This document shows, in pieces, positions 1-9,927 of a stretch of 63,580 bases of DNA. Within the stretch, counting starts at the first letter, position 1; each line of letters begins with the position of its first letter. The notes below the pieces were generated by a model. The model worked only from the letters and a program-made list of their open reading frames with translations, ran no database searches and was not told the DNA's origin. A program made the translations under genes and the position numbers. Source of the stretch: Candidatus Aminicenantes bacterium (GTDB taxonomy: Bacteria; Acidobacteriota; Aminicenantia; Aminicenantales; Aminicenantaceae); assembly GCA_011772495.1 (NCBI GenBank), contig WVZL01000014.1:1-63580 (forward strand). Reading direction: 5' to 3'.

Positions 1-2993
1 TTCTCAATCGCCTTACCAGTCCACCCTTTATGCTGGAATATCTTGCCTAGCCAGTAATAACTTTTGGCATAGAGATCTCCCCACATTAGACGTCCTGTGG
101 AAAGGTCAATGATATTTTCAAATTGTTTCTGGGCGGATTCCATGTCTTCGCGTTGATAATAGGACACAGCAAGGGGGTAAAGAAAGAGCGCGTGTTCATC
201 ATAAACCTCAAATTGATGAGGCAGAAGAGAAATAGCTTTCTTAAAATTCTCTATGGCTTCTTTGTTCATATTTTCATTTCGGTCAATCATTCCCCGGAGA
301 TGATAATAGTATCTTATGAGTTTTTGAAACCCGGTCCTTTCGATCAGATTTTTTAATTCTTCAGCGGTATCTTTGGCCTCATTCACCTTGTTCATTTGTA
401 ATTGAATGAGGCCACGAAGATTGATAGTCCAAATTTTTTCTTTAACACCTTTTATTTCAGAAGCAATTTCTTGGGCCTCCTCAACTGCTTCCAGGGCTTT
501 ATCAAGATCCCTCGTTAAAAAGCTCAAATAAGCCAAAGACATTAATAAAGTCATGGTTGTAGGTTTAAGATTATGTTTTCTTGATTCTGAAATTCCTTGA
601 ATAATCTCTTTTCTGCAATTTTCAAATTGCCCTTGAGCTAAGTACAAGTGAGCAAGCCAGAATCGGCCTTCAATATTAGAAACACGATCATCCCCTGCGA
701 GAAGTTGTCTGTAGTGAGTCTCTGCTTCCTGAAATTTATTTTGGACTTGATAAATGTGGCCCATCCATTGTGAGGCCTTCAAGTAATCTGGATCAAAAGA
801 TGACGCTGTTCTAATTTCGACCAGAGCAAGGTCATATCTCATTTGATAAAGATAGACAAGCCCTAGATCCAAATGATAGATTGATTTGCTGAGGTAGTTA
901 TCCTGGTTGGCCTTTAAGAATTCTAAGGCTTTATCATATAAACCTTTTGCCATATGAAATCTAACAATGTTTAAACAGGCCATTGAGGGATTAACATCAA
1001 AGATCTTACTAAATTGTTCTGAAGCCAGGTCCCACTCTTCTAGATTTCGATAATTGGCCCCGAGATACATATTGCCCTCTTCATCATCAGGATAATGTTG
1101 AAGCATTTCTTTATAGGTCTCTATCGCCTTTTCATACGAGGCTTCCATGATAGTGTAGGCCCAGCCTTGGACTAGATAACGATCCCTTACTGAGATTCTG
1201 TCTATTAATGACAAGGCCTGCTGAGCGTATTTAAATGCTTGATCCATTTCGTATGAGTAATGATAATTCTCGGAAATTCTTTTGTAGGCTAGAGCAAATC
1301 CCTTATCAATTTCTACGGCCTTCTCTAGCACTTCGGTACTCTCTTTGTATTTCCCCATGTTGTAGTAGTGTATCCCCTGCATATAAAGCTTCCAGGCTTC
1401 GGGTGAACTGGTGGTGATCTTCCACACTTCTTTATCGAAATCAGCGGCAATTTCTCGAGTGCCAATTTTGAATTGCGATTTGACCCAGGGAGTTAGCTGG
1501 TCTGCGGCATCCATAAAGGTTTTGTTTCCTTCTCCTTGCACTCTTATTGAATTTACAGGGTCACCAGTGACAACATTCTTAAGCATGGTATCTATGCGAA
1601 AAGTTTTCTCTGCTTTGGTATAGCTTCCATATAGTACATGATTTGCTCCTCCCCGCAGAGCCACTTTTCTCAAATCCTCCGATGAATAATTTTTCACCTC
1701 CAACAGATCAAGCTGTTCGAGTATGCTAAAGATTTTATCTCCTGTTAGTACCCTGATATATTTCGACTGTAAGAGATCATGAATGATCATATTGGGTAAG
1801 GCTTGCCTCCAATATTCTAGAGTTTCATCTCCGGTGTTGTTTTCAAAAAGCATCACCACAAGGGGAATTCTTCCTCCTTCTGGAGCAAGAGGAGACACAG
1901 GTTTTTTTATCCCCACGAGTAAGTAGATTCCGAAGGCAAGAAGCAAAACAAAAAAGGCAACAAAGGCCAGGTTTCTTATTCTCTTTGCTTTAATCTTCGC
2001 TAAATAGACACCAGACTCTTCTCGGTGCTCTTCCAGGTCTTTGAGAATTTCCTCCACCCTTTGATATCTGCTGTTCCTTTCTTTTTCCAGGCTTTTGAGT
2101 ATGATTTTTTCAAGGAAAGGGAGAATGAATGGATTGAACCCAGAAGGAGAGGGGGGTTTTTCCTTGATGTGCTTTTCTATATAGGCTGATGAGGTGTCTG
2201 CTTCAAAAGGACGTTTTCCAGTGAGCATCTCGAAAAGGATGATCCCAACAGAGTAAATATCTGCTCTGTGATCGAGTTTTTCACCTTTTGCTTGCTCAGG
2301 CGAGATGTACGGGAGTGTACCCATGAATGTTCTTGATGGTCCAACTTCATGAGCCTCCATGGACCTGGCGACTCCAAAATCCATGATGTTAACCCTGCCG
2401 TCGTGGTCAATCATGATATTCCGCGGTTTCAGGTCGAGATGGACGATATGCTTGTGATGGGCTGCCTTCAGGCCCTCATATATTTGTTTTGCAATGCTGA
2501 TCGCTCTTTCAATCGATAAAGGCCCGGAAGTCTGGATGAGCTCTTTTAGATCATGCCCCTTTATATAATCCATAGAGATGAACTTGATGTCATCGACCTC
2601 TCCCAGATCATGAATCCTTATCACATTTTCATGAGATATGGACCGGGCCAGCAGAGTCTCTTCCTTAAATCGTTGAATGAAAAGGGGATTGGAAGAGAAA
2701 GCGGGGCGGATCATCTTAAGGGCAACGGTTATTCCGAGCTCTTTATCTTTTGCCTTATATACCCGTCCCATGCCGCCTCGGCCGATTTCTTCGATGATCC
2801 GGTATCGAGGGCCAAAATTATCTCCAGAATCAAAACTAAGGGCATCATCCACGACCTTGGCCATGGCTGGAGTATAAGTTAAGGTGTCAGGTTTTTCCGC
2901 GATTGGGAATCCGCATTTGCTACAGTATTGGCTGTCTTCGGCAATTAAAAAATCACATTGTGGACATTGAGTTCTTTTGGCTTCCTTCTCCAT
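1..2993 (-). CDS. Zn-ribbon Ser/Thr protein kinase with TM helix, TolB-N-like domain and TPR repeats; 3' end runs off the window (absent from ORF track)
   Basis: Manual translation from ATG 2993: MEKEAKRTQCPQCDFLIAEDSQYCSKCG; HLDLKPRNIMID, IMDFGVA. The same frame at the window edge reads YYWLGKIFQHKGWTGKAIE, paralogous to the neighbouring kinase C-terminus. Confidence 0.92.
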   Translation of the reverse strand, partial: MEKEAKRTQCPQCDFLIAEDSQYCSKCGFPIAEKPDTLTYTPAMAKVVDDALSFDSGDNFGPRYRIIEEIGRGGMGRVYKAKDKELGITVALKMIRPAFSSNPLFIQRFKEETLLARSISHENVIRIHDLGEVDDIKFISMDYIKGHDLKELIQTSGPLSIERAISIAKQIYEGLKAAHHKHIVHLDLKPRNIMIDHDGRVNIMDFGVARSMEAHEVGPSRTFMGTLPYISPEQAKGEKLDHRADIYSVGIILFEMLTGKRPFEADTSSAYIEKHIKEKPPSPSGFNPFILPFLEKIILKSLEKERNSRYQRVEEILKDLEEHREESGVYLAKIKAKRIRNLAFVAFFVLLLAFGIYLLVGIKKPVSPLAPEGGRIPLVVMLFENNTGDETLEYWRQALPNMIIHDLLQSKYIRVLTGDKIFSILEQLDLLEVKNYSSEDLRKVALRGGANHVLYGSYTKAEKTFRIDTMLKNVVTGDPVNSIRVQGEGNKTFMDAADQLTPWVKSQFKIGTREIAADFDKEVWKITTSSPEAWKLYMQGIHYYNMGKYKESTEVLEKAVEIDKGFALAYKRISENYHYSYEMDQAFKYAQQALSLIDRISVRDRYLVQGWAYTIMEASYEKAIETYKEMLQHYPDDEEGNMYLGANYRNLEEWDLASEQFSKIFDVNPSMACLNIVRFHMAKGLYDKALEFLKANQDNYLSKSIYHLDLGLVYLYQMRYDLALVEIRTASSFDPDYLKASQWMGHIYQVQNKFQEAETHYRQLLAGDDRVSNIEGRFWLAHLYLAQGQFENCRKEIIQGISESRKHNLKPTTMTLLMSLAYLSFLTRDLDKALEAVEEAQEIASEIKGVKEKIWTINLRGLIQLQMNKVNEAKDTAEELKNLIERTGFQKLIRYYYHLRGMIDRNENMNKEAIENFKKAISLLPHQFEVYDEHALFLYPLAVSYYQREDMESAQKQFENIIDLSTGRLMWGDLYAKSYYWLGKIFQHKGWTGKAIE

Positions 2994-3001
2994 TTGTAAT
3001 A

Positions 3002-3030
3002 AATATAAAAATTAAGGGGAAATAAGTCAA
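3002..3030 (-). promoter_or_regulatory. sigma70-type promoter of kinase 1; possibly near-leaderless transcript
   Basis: TTGACT-N17-TATATT; -10 lies 8 nt from the ATG; no SD visible. Confidence 0.55.
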
Positions 3031-3158
3031 TTCTTATATTGGAGTAGGACTGGACATGCCTATCTTGGGGGGGCAATACTTTCCTAGACTATTCACTAAA
3101 ACTAGAATCAGGTATTATGTCCACTAGTATAAAAGTTATAAAGGTCTGACCCCGTTGA

Positions 3159-6100
3159 CTAGATTTTTAGGGCTGCTAATCGGTTTTTTGCGTCATCGAC
3201 CTCAGGAATACCTGGATCGGCTTCTTTCCAGAGACTGAGGAATTTTTCGTAATGCTCGATGGCTTTCCCTTTCCAGCCTTTCTGTTCAAAAATCTTCCCC
3301 AGCATTAAAAAGCTCTTCGCATAGATGCCTCCAAAGAAAAGTCTCCCTGAGGTAAGTTGCGTAATCTTTAGGCATTCTTCTTGAGCCTTCACTAAATCTC
3401 CTGCTTTATAATAAGCTAAAGCTAAAGGTTCAATAAACAATGCCTCCTCATCAATGGTTGGATCAGATTCACCGGGCATCAGCAATATGGCTTTCTTGAA
3501 ATTTTCAATCGCTTTTGAAAAATCCTCTCTTTCGAGCTCAATCCAACCAACTAGTAGGTAATAAAATCTCATCTCTTTCTGGTTCATTCCTTGTGCTATC
3601 AGGCCCTTGAGTTCATCTGCCAAGCTCTGTGCTTCAGGTAATGATTTCATCATGATGTGTGTCAGACTTTTGAAGAATAAAGCGTATCTTTGCCCCCTAA
3701 GATTATCTGATTCCCCGTATCCCTTCCCTGCTTTTTCAAACTCTCTCAAAGCTTTCTCATAATATCCTGAACTGAGATACCAACGCCCCAGTCCTACACG
3801 GAAACCAGATTCGGCCTGCTTTTCGCCCATCTTTTTTACCAGCTCGATTCCCCGGTCTAGCTGTTCTTTTGATTTTGCGAATTTTCCTTGTGATATGTAT
3901 AAACCTGCCAAAAACGTTCTCCCTACGATTTGAACAGCCTGTTCTTCGAGTTCCAAGAGCTTTGTATACTCATTCTCTGCCTGAATCCAATCCCCTTTGG
4001 AATAGTAAATATGACCCTTCGCCAATGTGTTCCAAGGCAAATCAGGATCAAGGGAAATAGCTCTATCGATTTCTGACAAAGCAAGATCATATTTATGCTG
4101 AATCATATAAGTCAGGGCTAAATCAATATGGGCCCAGGCGTTATCTGAAAAATTATTGATGAAATACTTAACCACTTCCTCGGCTTTCTCATACAACCCT
4201 TTGTTCCTATACACTTCAGCTAGATTGGTATAGGTGAAAGAATGGGCATTTTTATTCTGCAAAAGAAATTTATACCGCTCTATGGCTTTATCCCATTCTT
4301 CTAGCCATATGTATAAGACTCCTAAATTGATATTTGCAGTGCTATCGTCTGGATAGAGCTGGAGCAATTTTTTATACGCCTCGATAGCTTTTTCATAGGT
4401 TTGCTCTCTATGCGCATAGAAATCTCCCTGGATCTGATACCTTTCCCTATCTGAAACTCGATCGCTTAATTCCAATGCCCTCTGGAGGCACTTCATTCTC
4501 TCCGACCACAATCCCATATTCCCATTAGCTATAGCCATGAGTCTGTAGGCCATAGCAAATTCAGGGTCAATGGCGATTGCTTTTTCCATAAATTGGATGG
4601 CCTTAGAAGTATCTCCTTTATCTTGATATTCTCTCCCTTCAATATAATACTTGAACGCTTCAGGAAAACTGGTGGTTATCTTGTCCACCTCTTTATCGAT
4701 ATCGCTGGCAATCTCTTCTGGAGAAAGCCTAAAATTAGCCTTGATCCGTCTCGTGATATCATCAACCATCGAGAATATGCTCTTTTCCCCTACCCCCTCT
4801 ACCATTTCTGACCCTATAAGCTCTTCATTGCTTGCTTCATGAAGGAGATAATTGATACGGAAGCTCTCACCTGCTTTGGTATAGTTTCCCTGCAAGATAT
4901 GCGTGGCTCCTCCTTGATCAGCCACCTTCTTCAAGTCCTCTGAAGAGTAACTTTTCGCTTCCAGGAGATTCAATTGTTTGAGAATATTGAACAGCGTATC
5001 TCCCCTTAAGATTTTTAGGTGCTTGGATTGGGCTAGGTCTGTGATCAGCAAATCAGAGATCGCTTTCCGGTAATGATCTAAACTCTCGTCTCCGGTGTTA
5101 TTTTCAAAGTACATGATAGCGATCGAAGGCTTATCTGAGGGAGCTGCAGGAATAGCCACCTTTTTGGGGAAAAGCTGCCAGATGAGAACAGCGATGATGA
5201 CGATGGCGGCAATGATTAAGGCTGGGAGGAAGAGCTTCTTTAAGCCCAAGGTCACCGTAATCTCTCTAGTAGTAATGGGCTTTCTCCTGGGGATTTCTCT
5301 TTGGGTGGTAGGGATGCCTTTCTCTATATTCTCCAATTCAGAACGGACTTCTCCAGCACTCTGGTAGCGGTTCTCTTTATCCTTTTCCATGCATTTCAGG
5401 ATCACTCGACTGAGATCCTCTGGGATCTGGGTGTTTATTTCTCTAGGGTCTTTTGGTGCTTCGCTCTTGTGTTTAATTCCGATCGTAAAAGGTGTGTCGC
5501 CTTCAAATGGGACTTGCCCGGTCACCATCTCATAAAGGATCACTCCCAGCGAGTAGATGTCCGAACGCTGGTCAACTTCTTTTCCTTCGACCTGCTCGGG
5601 TGACATGTACTCTGGTGTCCCGATCATCACCCCAGCCCCTGTTATTCCTTTGCCTTCGGCAGAACGGGCAATCCCAAAGTCCATGATCCGAGCATTCCCC
5701 TCCTTATCGATCATCACGTTCTGAGGCTTCAAATCCCGATGCACAACTCCAACCTTGTGGGCAGCAGCCAATCCTTGGCAGACTTTTTTGGCTATGTTGA
5801 TGGTCGTGCCCAAACTCAATTGTCCGGACATCCTGATCATACTCTTTAAATCCTCGCCCGGAACAAACTCCATGGTGATATAATGCAGGCTTTTTTCTTC
5901 ATTGAGGTCATACATCTGGCAGACATTCTCGTGCCGTACCTTGCGGGCGAATTTCAGTTCGTTGCTGAACCTTTCGATGGTCTTTTTGTCAGAAGCGATT
6001 TCAGGCTTCAGGAGCTTAAGGGCAATTTTCTCGTTTATCTTGGTGTCCAGCACTTTGTAGACTCTGCCCATTCCCCCTTTTCCTAGCTCTTCAATGATCT

Positions 6101-6269
6101 GGTATCTCTCGGCAAAAGTAGCGCCGGTTGTCAATTCCTCTTTGGGGGCTTCGAGAGTCTCAGTCAAGGCTGGACTTTCTTCTGAAGGAGGAAGCGGAGT
6201 TGCGCACTTTCCGCAATAGAGAGTATCTTCAGGATTTTCGAAATGGCATTTAGGGCATTTAATAGCCAT
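3159..6269 (-). CDS. Zn-ribbon Ser/Thr protein kinase (Hanks type) with TM helix, TolB-N-like domain and TPR repeats
   Basis: CPKC..CGKC, GKGGMG, ALK, HRDLKPQN, DFG, GTPEYMSPE; TM FLPALIIAAIVIIAVLIW; TPRs. ATG 6269 after AGAGGG preferred over the track start 6293. Confidence 0.95.
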   Translation of the reverse strand: MAIKCPKCHFENPEDTLYCGKCATPLPPSEESPALTETLEAPKEELTTGATFAERYQIIEELGKGGMGRVYKVLDTKINEKIALKLLKPEIASDKKTIERFSNELKFARKVRHENVCQMYDLNEEKSLHYITMEFVPGEDLKSMIRMSGQLSLGTTINIAKKVCQGLAAAHKVGVVHRDLKPQNVMIDKEGNARIMDFGIARSAEGKGITGAGVMIGTPEYMSPEQVEGKEVDQRSDIYSLGVILYEMVTGQVPFEGDTPFTIGIKHKSEAPKDPREINTQIPEDLSRVILKCMEKDKENRYQSAGEVRSELENIEKGIPTTQREIPRRKPITTREITVTLGLKKLFLPALIIAAIVIIAVLIWQLFPKKVAIPAAPSDKPSIAIMYFENNTGDESLDHYRKAISDLLITDLAQSKHLKILRGDTLFNILKQLNLLEAKSYSSEDLKKVADQGGATHILQGNYTKAGESFRINYLLHEASNEELIGSEMVEGVGEKSIFSMVDDITRRIKANFRLSPEEIASDIDKEVDKITTSFPEAFKYYIEGREYQDKGDTSKAIQFMEKAIAIDPEFAMAYRLMAIANGNMGLWSERMKCLQRALELSDRVSDRERYQIQGDFYAHREQTYEKAIEAYKKLLQLYPDDSTANINLGVLYIWLEEWDKAIERYKFLLQNKNAHSFTYTNLAEVYRNKGLYEKAEEVVKYFINNFSDNAWAHIDLALTYMIQHKYDLALSEIDRAISLDPDLPWNTLAKGHIYYSKGDWIQAENEYTKLLELEEQAVQIVGRTFLAGLYISQGKFAKSKEQLDRGIELVKKMGEKQAESGFRVGLGRWYLSSGYYEKALREFEKAGKGYGESDNLRGQRYALFFKSLTHIMMKSLPEAQSLADELKGLIAQGMNQKEMRFYYLLVGWIELEREDFSKAIENFKKAILLMPGESDPTIDEEALFIEPLALAYYKAGDLVKAQEECLKITQLTSGRLFFGGIYAKSFLMLGKIFEQKGWKGKAIEHYEKFLSLWKEADPGIPEVDDAKNRLAALKI

Positions 6270-6293
6270 TCTTTTCCCTCTTAGCTTGGCCAA

Positions 6294-6322
6294 AGAATAT
6301 CAATTAATCAAAAAAGAGTCAA
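6294..6322 (-). promoter_or_regulatory. sigma70-type promoter of kinase 2
   Basis: TTGACT-N17-TATTCT with upstream TG (extended -10). Confidence 0.55.
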
Positions 6323-6332
6323 ATTCAACATG

Positions 6333-6380
6333 ATTGTCATCGCGAGCGAAGCGCGCCAACCTCATTAAAAGAAAGGTGAA
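6333..6380 (+). repeat. Half copy of the GTCATTGCGAGCGAAGC palindromic repeat
   Basis: ATTGTCATCGCGAGCGAAGCGCGCCAACCTCATTAAAAGAAAGGTGAA aligns with 25516-25560. Confidence 0.7.
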
Positions 6381-6545
6381 GTTTTTGAGTTTTACATCTA
6401 ATAAGCTATGATTTTGGGCAAAAGTTTTCTTAACACTCTTTTCATAGGAAGAAATTCAAGGTTTTTTCGTCTAAATAATAAATGCAAAAATGGAGCTTGC
6501 ACGAGATTTGTGAAGTATTTCCTTTAAAAATGACAGGAGAATGAT

Positions 6546-7223
6546 ATGAGACCCAGATTTAAATTCTATTCCTTCTCTCATGCCTTATGTTTATTATTAT
6601 TCTTGCCGATGATAATAGCCCCACTTTCCGCAGAAACTGATAAAAATCAAAGCCTTGATGAAAAAATCAGGAATTTCCTTAATGATCACCGCTATTCATG
6701 GAGAGATATGAACATTTCTGAAGAAGATGGAGAACTTCTCTATGGTATCATCATCAAGAATAACTACCAGGAAGCGCTGGAGATCGGAACCTCCACCGGG
6801 CATTCGGCGATCTGGATCGCCTGGGCGCTCAGTAAGACAGGCGGCAAGCTCATCACGATCGAGATAAACGAAAGACGCTATAGAGAAGCTTTGGCGAATT
6901 TTGAAGAAGCCGGACTTTCCGATTACATCGATGCCAGGCTGGCTGATGCCCATGAACTTGTCCCCAAGCTTAAAGGCCCCTTTGACTTTGTTTTCTGTGA
7001 TGCGGATAAGGGCTGGTACAAAAATTACCTGATAGCCGTGCTGCCCAAACTCAAGGTGGGTGGATGCTTCACTGCTCATAACGTGTCGGGCAGAAGTGGA
7101 AGGGGTGGATGGGGAATCGGAGAATTTGTGGATTATCTGGAAAGCTTGTCCTACATGGAAACAACGTATGAACGGCCGAGTTGGTCAGGTATTTCAGTCA
7201 GCTATAAAAAGTCAGAGAATTAA
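6546..7223 (+). CDS. O-methyltransferase (caffeoyl-CoA/YrrM-like, class I SAM) with N-terminal signal peptide
   Basis: LEIGTSTGHS, FDFVFCDADK, AHN; hydrophobic leader ending PLSA; AGGAG SD. Confidence 0.88.
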   Translation: MRPRFKFYSFSHALCLLLFLPMIIAPLSAETDKNQSLDEKIRNFLNDHRYSWRDMNISEEDGELLYGIIIKNNYQEALEIGTSTGHSAIWIAWALSKTGGKLITIEINERRYREALANFEEAGLSDYIDARLADAHELVPKLKGPFDFVFCDADKGWYKNYLIAVLPKLKVGGCFTAHNVSGRSGRGGWGIGEFVDYLESLSYMETTYERPSWSGISVSYKKSEN

Positions 7224-7236
7224 AGGGAGCCATAAA

Positions 7237-7310
7237 GGGGTCAGGTCTCCAGATTCCAGGTTTATATAAAACCTATCCTGCCAAAATGTTGAATGTTGAG
7301 GCTTAATCTC
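7237..7310 (+). repeat. GGGGTCAG-family short repeat element, type A (~75 bp)
   Basis: GGGGTCAGGTCTCCAGATTCCAGG...AATGTTGAATGTTGAGGCTTAATCTC; homologous to 56584-56651 and, inverted, to 23130-23209. Confidence 0.75.
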
Positions 7311-7317
7311 TATCGCT

Positions 7318-9546
7318 TTACAGATTCTTGGTCCAGAATTCGAGCATGGTGTTGTACAGGTGAATCTGGGCCGGGTCATCGGAGATGCCGTGCTGGCGCA
7401 TGGGATAGATCATCAAATCAAACATCTTGCCTGCCTTGATCAGCTCATCTATAAAGGCCCAGGCATTCTGAGGATGAACATTGTCGTCGTAGGTTCCATG
7501 AACTAAGAGCAAGCGGCCATGTAGATTTTTAGCAGCCTTGACCAGCGATGTCTTCTCGTAGCCTTTGGGGTTATCCTGAGGTCTCTTCATGAAAGCTTCT
7601 GCCCAGATGGTATCGTAATGGTGCCAGTCTGTGACAGCGGCCACAGCGATCCCGGCTTTGAATTCCTTAGAACGGGTCATAGCCAGGAGCGTATAGGTCC
7701 CGCCACCGCTCCAACCCCAAATCCCGACCCGCTCTGGATCTATATAGGGCCGCTGTTTGAGCCATTGCACCGCATCCACGAGGTCATTCAATTCCTTGGT
7801 TCCATAACCATCTCTCACGATGATATTCTCGAGTTTTTTACTTATGGCTGTAGCACTGCGGTTATCGACGCGAATGACCAAATAGCCTTCATCCAGCAAA
7901 ATCTGGTCGAACAACACTGACCACCGCCAAGAATTGGCCACAGTTGGTGCCGAAGGCCCGCCATAGACATATAAAATCACTGGATATTTCTGAGAAGGGT
8001 CAAAATCCTTGGGTTTCAGGAGCTGAGCAGGCATCGGGAAGCCATCTCTGGCTGGAATGGTGAGCAATTCAGGATACTGCACCTCGAATTTTTCCAATTT
8101 CTCAGGACGCGGCTCAGCGATGGTCTGCATAAGCTGGCCGTCGTTTCTATGCAGAGCCAACGAAGGAAGCGTCGAAATATTCGAATAGCGGTCAAAAAAG
8201 TATTTCGCTTCTGGGCTGAAGGTAATGCTGTGAAAACCCTCCTCTTTGGTTAGGCGCTCCATTCCGGTGCCGTCAAGTCTTATGCGGTAAAGATGCCGCT
8301 CGATGGATGACTTTTCGTGCGCAGTAAAGTAGACCCATCCCTTGTTCTCATCGATGGCGACCACAGCCTTGCGTACCCAGTAAGGTCCTCCTCCTGAGGA
8401 GCGGATGGCCCACTCTCCTTTGGTTACCTGATTTACCAGTTTCCCTTCCATTGTGTAGCGGTACAAATGGGCAAAGCCATCCCTTTCCGAGGCCCAGATA
8501 AAATGTTTACCGTCCCTCAAAAAATGGAGGTCATCATGGATATTCACCCAGCCTTTGTCCTTCTCCTTCAGAATGCGGGAGGATTTTCCAGTGTGGCGGT
8601 CGACAAAGAACAGGTCCAGCTCGGTTTGAGCGCGGTTCATGGTTTGAACGCTTAAACGCTTGCTATCGGGCAGCCATTTAACTCGGATAATATATTCATG
8701 AGGAAAGTCTTCGAGGTCGATCCAGTTCGATTGACCGTTTTCGATCTCGACCACACCTACCCGCACAACGGGATTATCAGTCCCGGCCTTGGGATAGCGC
8801 TGCTGGATATGACGAGGCACATAGGGCTTAAAGTCAACATAATGCATGAGGCTTACTGGGGATTCATCGGTCTGTAAAAAGGCAATGGCTTTAGAATCTT
8901 CTGACCACCAGTAGCCGATATCTTGACGGCCAAAGACTTCTTCCCAATAGACCCAGGAAAGCGTGCCATTCAGAAGTCTCTCTGAACCGTCGTCAGTAAG
9001 CTGCTTTTCTGACCTTGCCTCTATATCATACAGAAAAATGTTATTCTCCCTTATAAAAGCGAGTTTTGTTCCATCAGGAGAGAACCGGGCAGACTTTTCC
9101 TCCTCTTCGGTTTCAGTGACTCTAATGAATTGAGCGGAGGAAAGCTCCAGCAGGAATACATCGTCTTTGAAGATGTAGAGGCCGTGTTTGCCAGAGGTGT
9201 TGATGGATTCAGGCCAGGGTAATCCCTTTGGTAAACCTTTTTTGCCTAACAGCTTTCTTAGACTCTTCAGGGCCTTTCTCGCATCGACTAACAGGTTTTG
9301 CTGGCCATTTTCAGGGTTCAGTTTTACGATGGTTCGCACCTTTTCAGGCTCACGAGAATCATAAAGGAGGGCTGTTCCATCTTCCAGCCACGCAAACGAT
9401 GGCACTCTGGCTACGTTCTGGCCTTCTTCACCATAGATCCATTCGACTGTGATTTTGCTCTTTTCTTGCGCTAGGGCGGTGAAAACGAAAAATGTATAAA
9501 CCGAGAAAAATATTAGTACAAAGAGCCTCAAAACAGACTTTCTCAT
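7318..9546 (-). CDS. S9B dipeptidyl-peptidase IV family peptidase, secreted
   Basis: DPPIV_N propeller (WVYWEEVF, YPKAG); GWSGGG, HGTYDDNVH, H in RQHGI; signal peptide. Start MRKSV at 9546 after GGAGG preferred over 9597. Confidence 0.95.
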   Translation of the reverse strand: MRKSVLRLFVLIFFSVYTFFVFTALAQEKSKITVEWIYGEEGQNVARVPSFAWLEDGTALLYDSREPEKVRTIVKLNPENGQQNLLVDARKALKSLRKLLGKKGLPKGLPWPESINTSGKHGLYIFKDDVFLLELSSAQFIRVTETEEEEKSARFSPDGTKLAFIRENNIFLYDIEARSEKQLTDDGSERLLNGTLSWVYWEEVFGRQDIGYWWSEDSKAIAFLQTDESPVSLMHYVDFKPYVPRHIQQRYPKAGTDNPVVRVGVVEIENGQSNWIDLEDFPHEYIIRVKWLPDSKRLSVQTMNRAQTELDLFFVDRHTGKSSRILKEKDKGWVNIHDDLHFLRDGKHFIWASERDGFAHLYRYTMEGKLVNQVTKGEWAIRSSGGGPYWVRKAVVAIDENKGWVYFTAHEKSSIERHLYRIRLDGTGMERLTKEEGFHSITFSPEAKYFFDRYSNISTLPSLALHRNDGQLMQTIAEPRPEKLEKFEVQYPELLTIPARDGFPMPAQLLKPKDFDPSQKYPVILYVYGGPSAPTVANSWRWSVLFDQILLDEGYLVIRVDNRSATAISKKLENIIVRDGYGTKELNDLVDAVQWLKQRPYIDPERVGIWGWSGGGTYTLLAMTRSKEFKAGIAVAAVTDWHHYDTIWAEAFMKRPQDNPKGYEKTSLVKAAKNLHGRLLLVHGTYDDNVHPQNAWAFIDELIKAGKMFDLMIYPMRQHGISDDPAQIHLYNTMLEFWTKNL

Positions 9547-9765
9547 CGATTCACCTCCAAGATTGAGTATACCTTCATTCTCTTTTGCAATAGTCATGCT
9601 TTAAAGAATATTGATTAAGAGTCTCCTTTTCAAGGTAAATATTCGAGTGGTTTCACTTATGCTTTTTCTCTTATTCATCTCATTTGCATGTTCTAATGCA
9701 AAACTGATTTTAAAATTTGAATTGTCATTTCATTTCTGGTACAAATATGCGTTCATTTTCCTGCA

Positions 9766-9783
9766 GGTGTAAGAAAATTTTAC
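9766..9783 (+). promoter_or_regulatory. Candidate enhancer (bEBP) site
   Basis: GGTGTAAGAAAATTTTAC about 100 bp upstream of a sigma54 site; similar to 27671-27689. Confidence 0.45.
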
Positions 9784-9867
9784 TCAGATCAAGAAAAATT
9801 ACAATTTCTCATTTGTGTATGATAAGCAACGTGTTTGAAAATAATAAATTGCATTAACCTCGGAATA

Positions 9868-9883
9868 TGGCACAAAAAATGCT
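9868..9883 (+). promoter_or_regulatory. sigma54 (-24/-12) promoter
   Basis: TGGCAC-AAAAA-ATGCT; GG-N10-GC. Confidence 0.65.
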
Positions 9884-9927
9884 CCCAAATTTTTCCGAAC
9901 AAAGGAAGAAATTCTGTATGAATAAAA

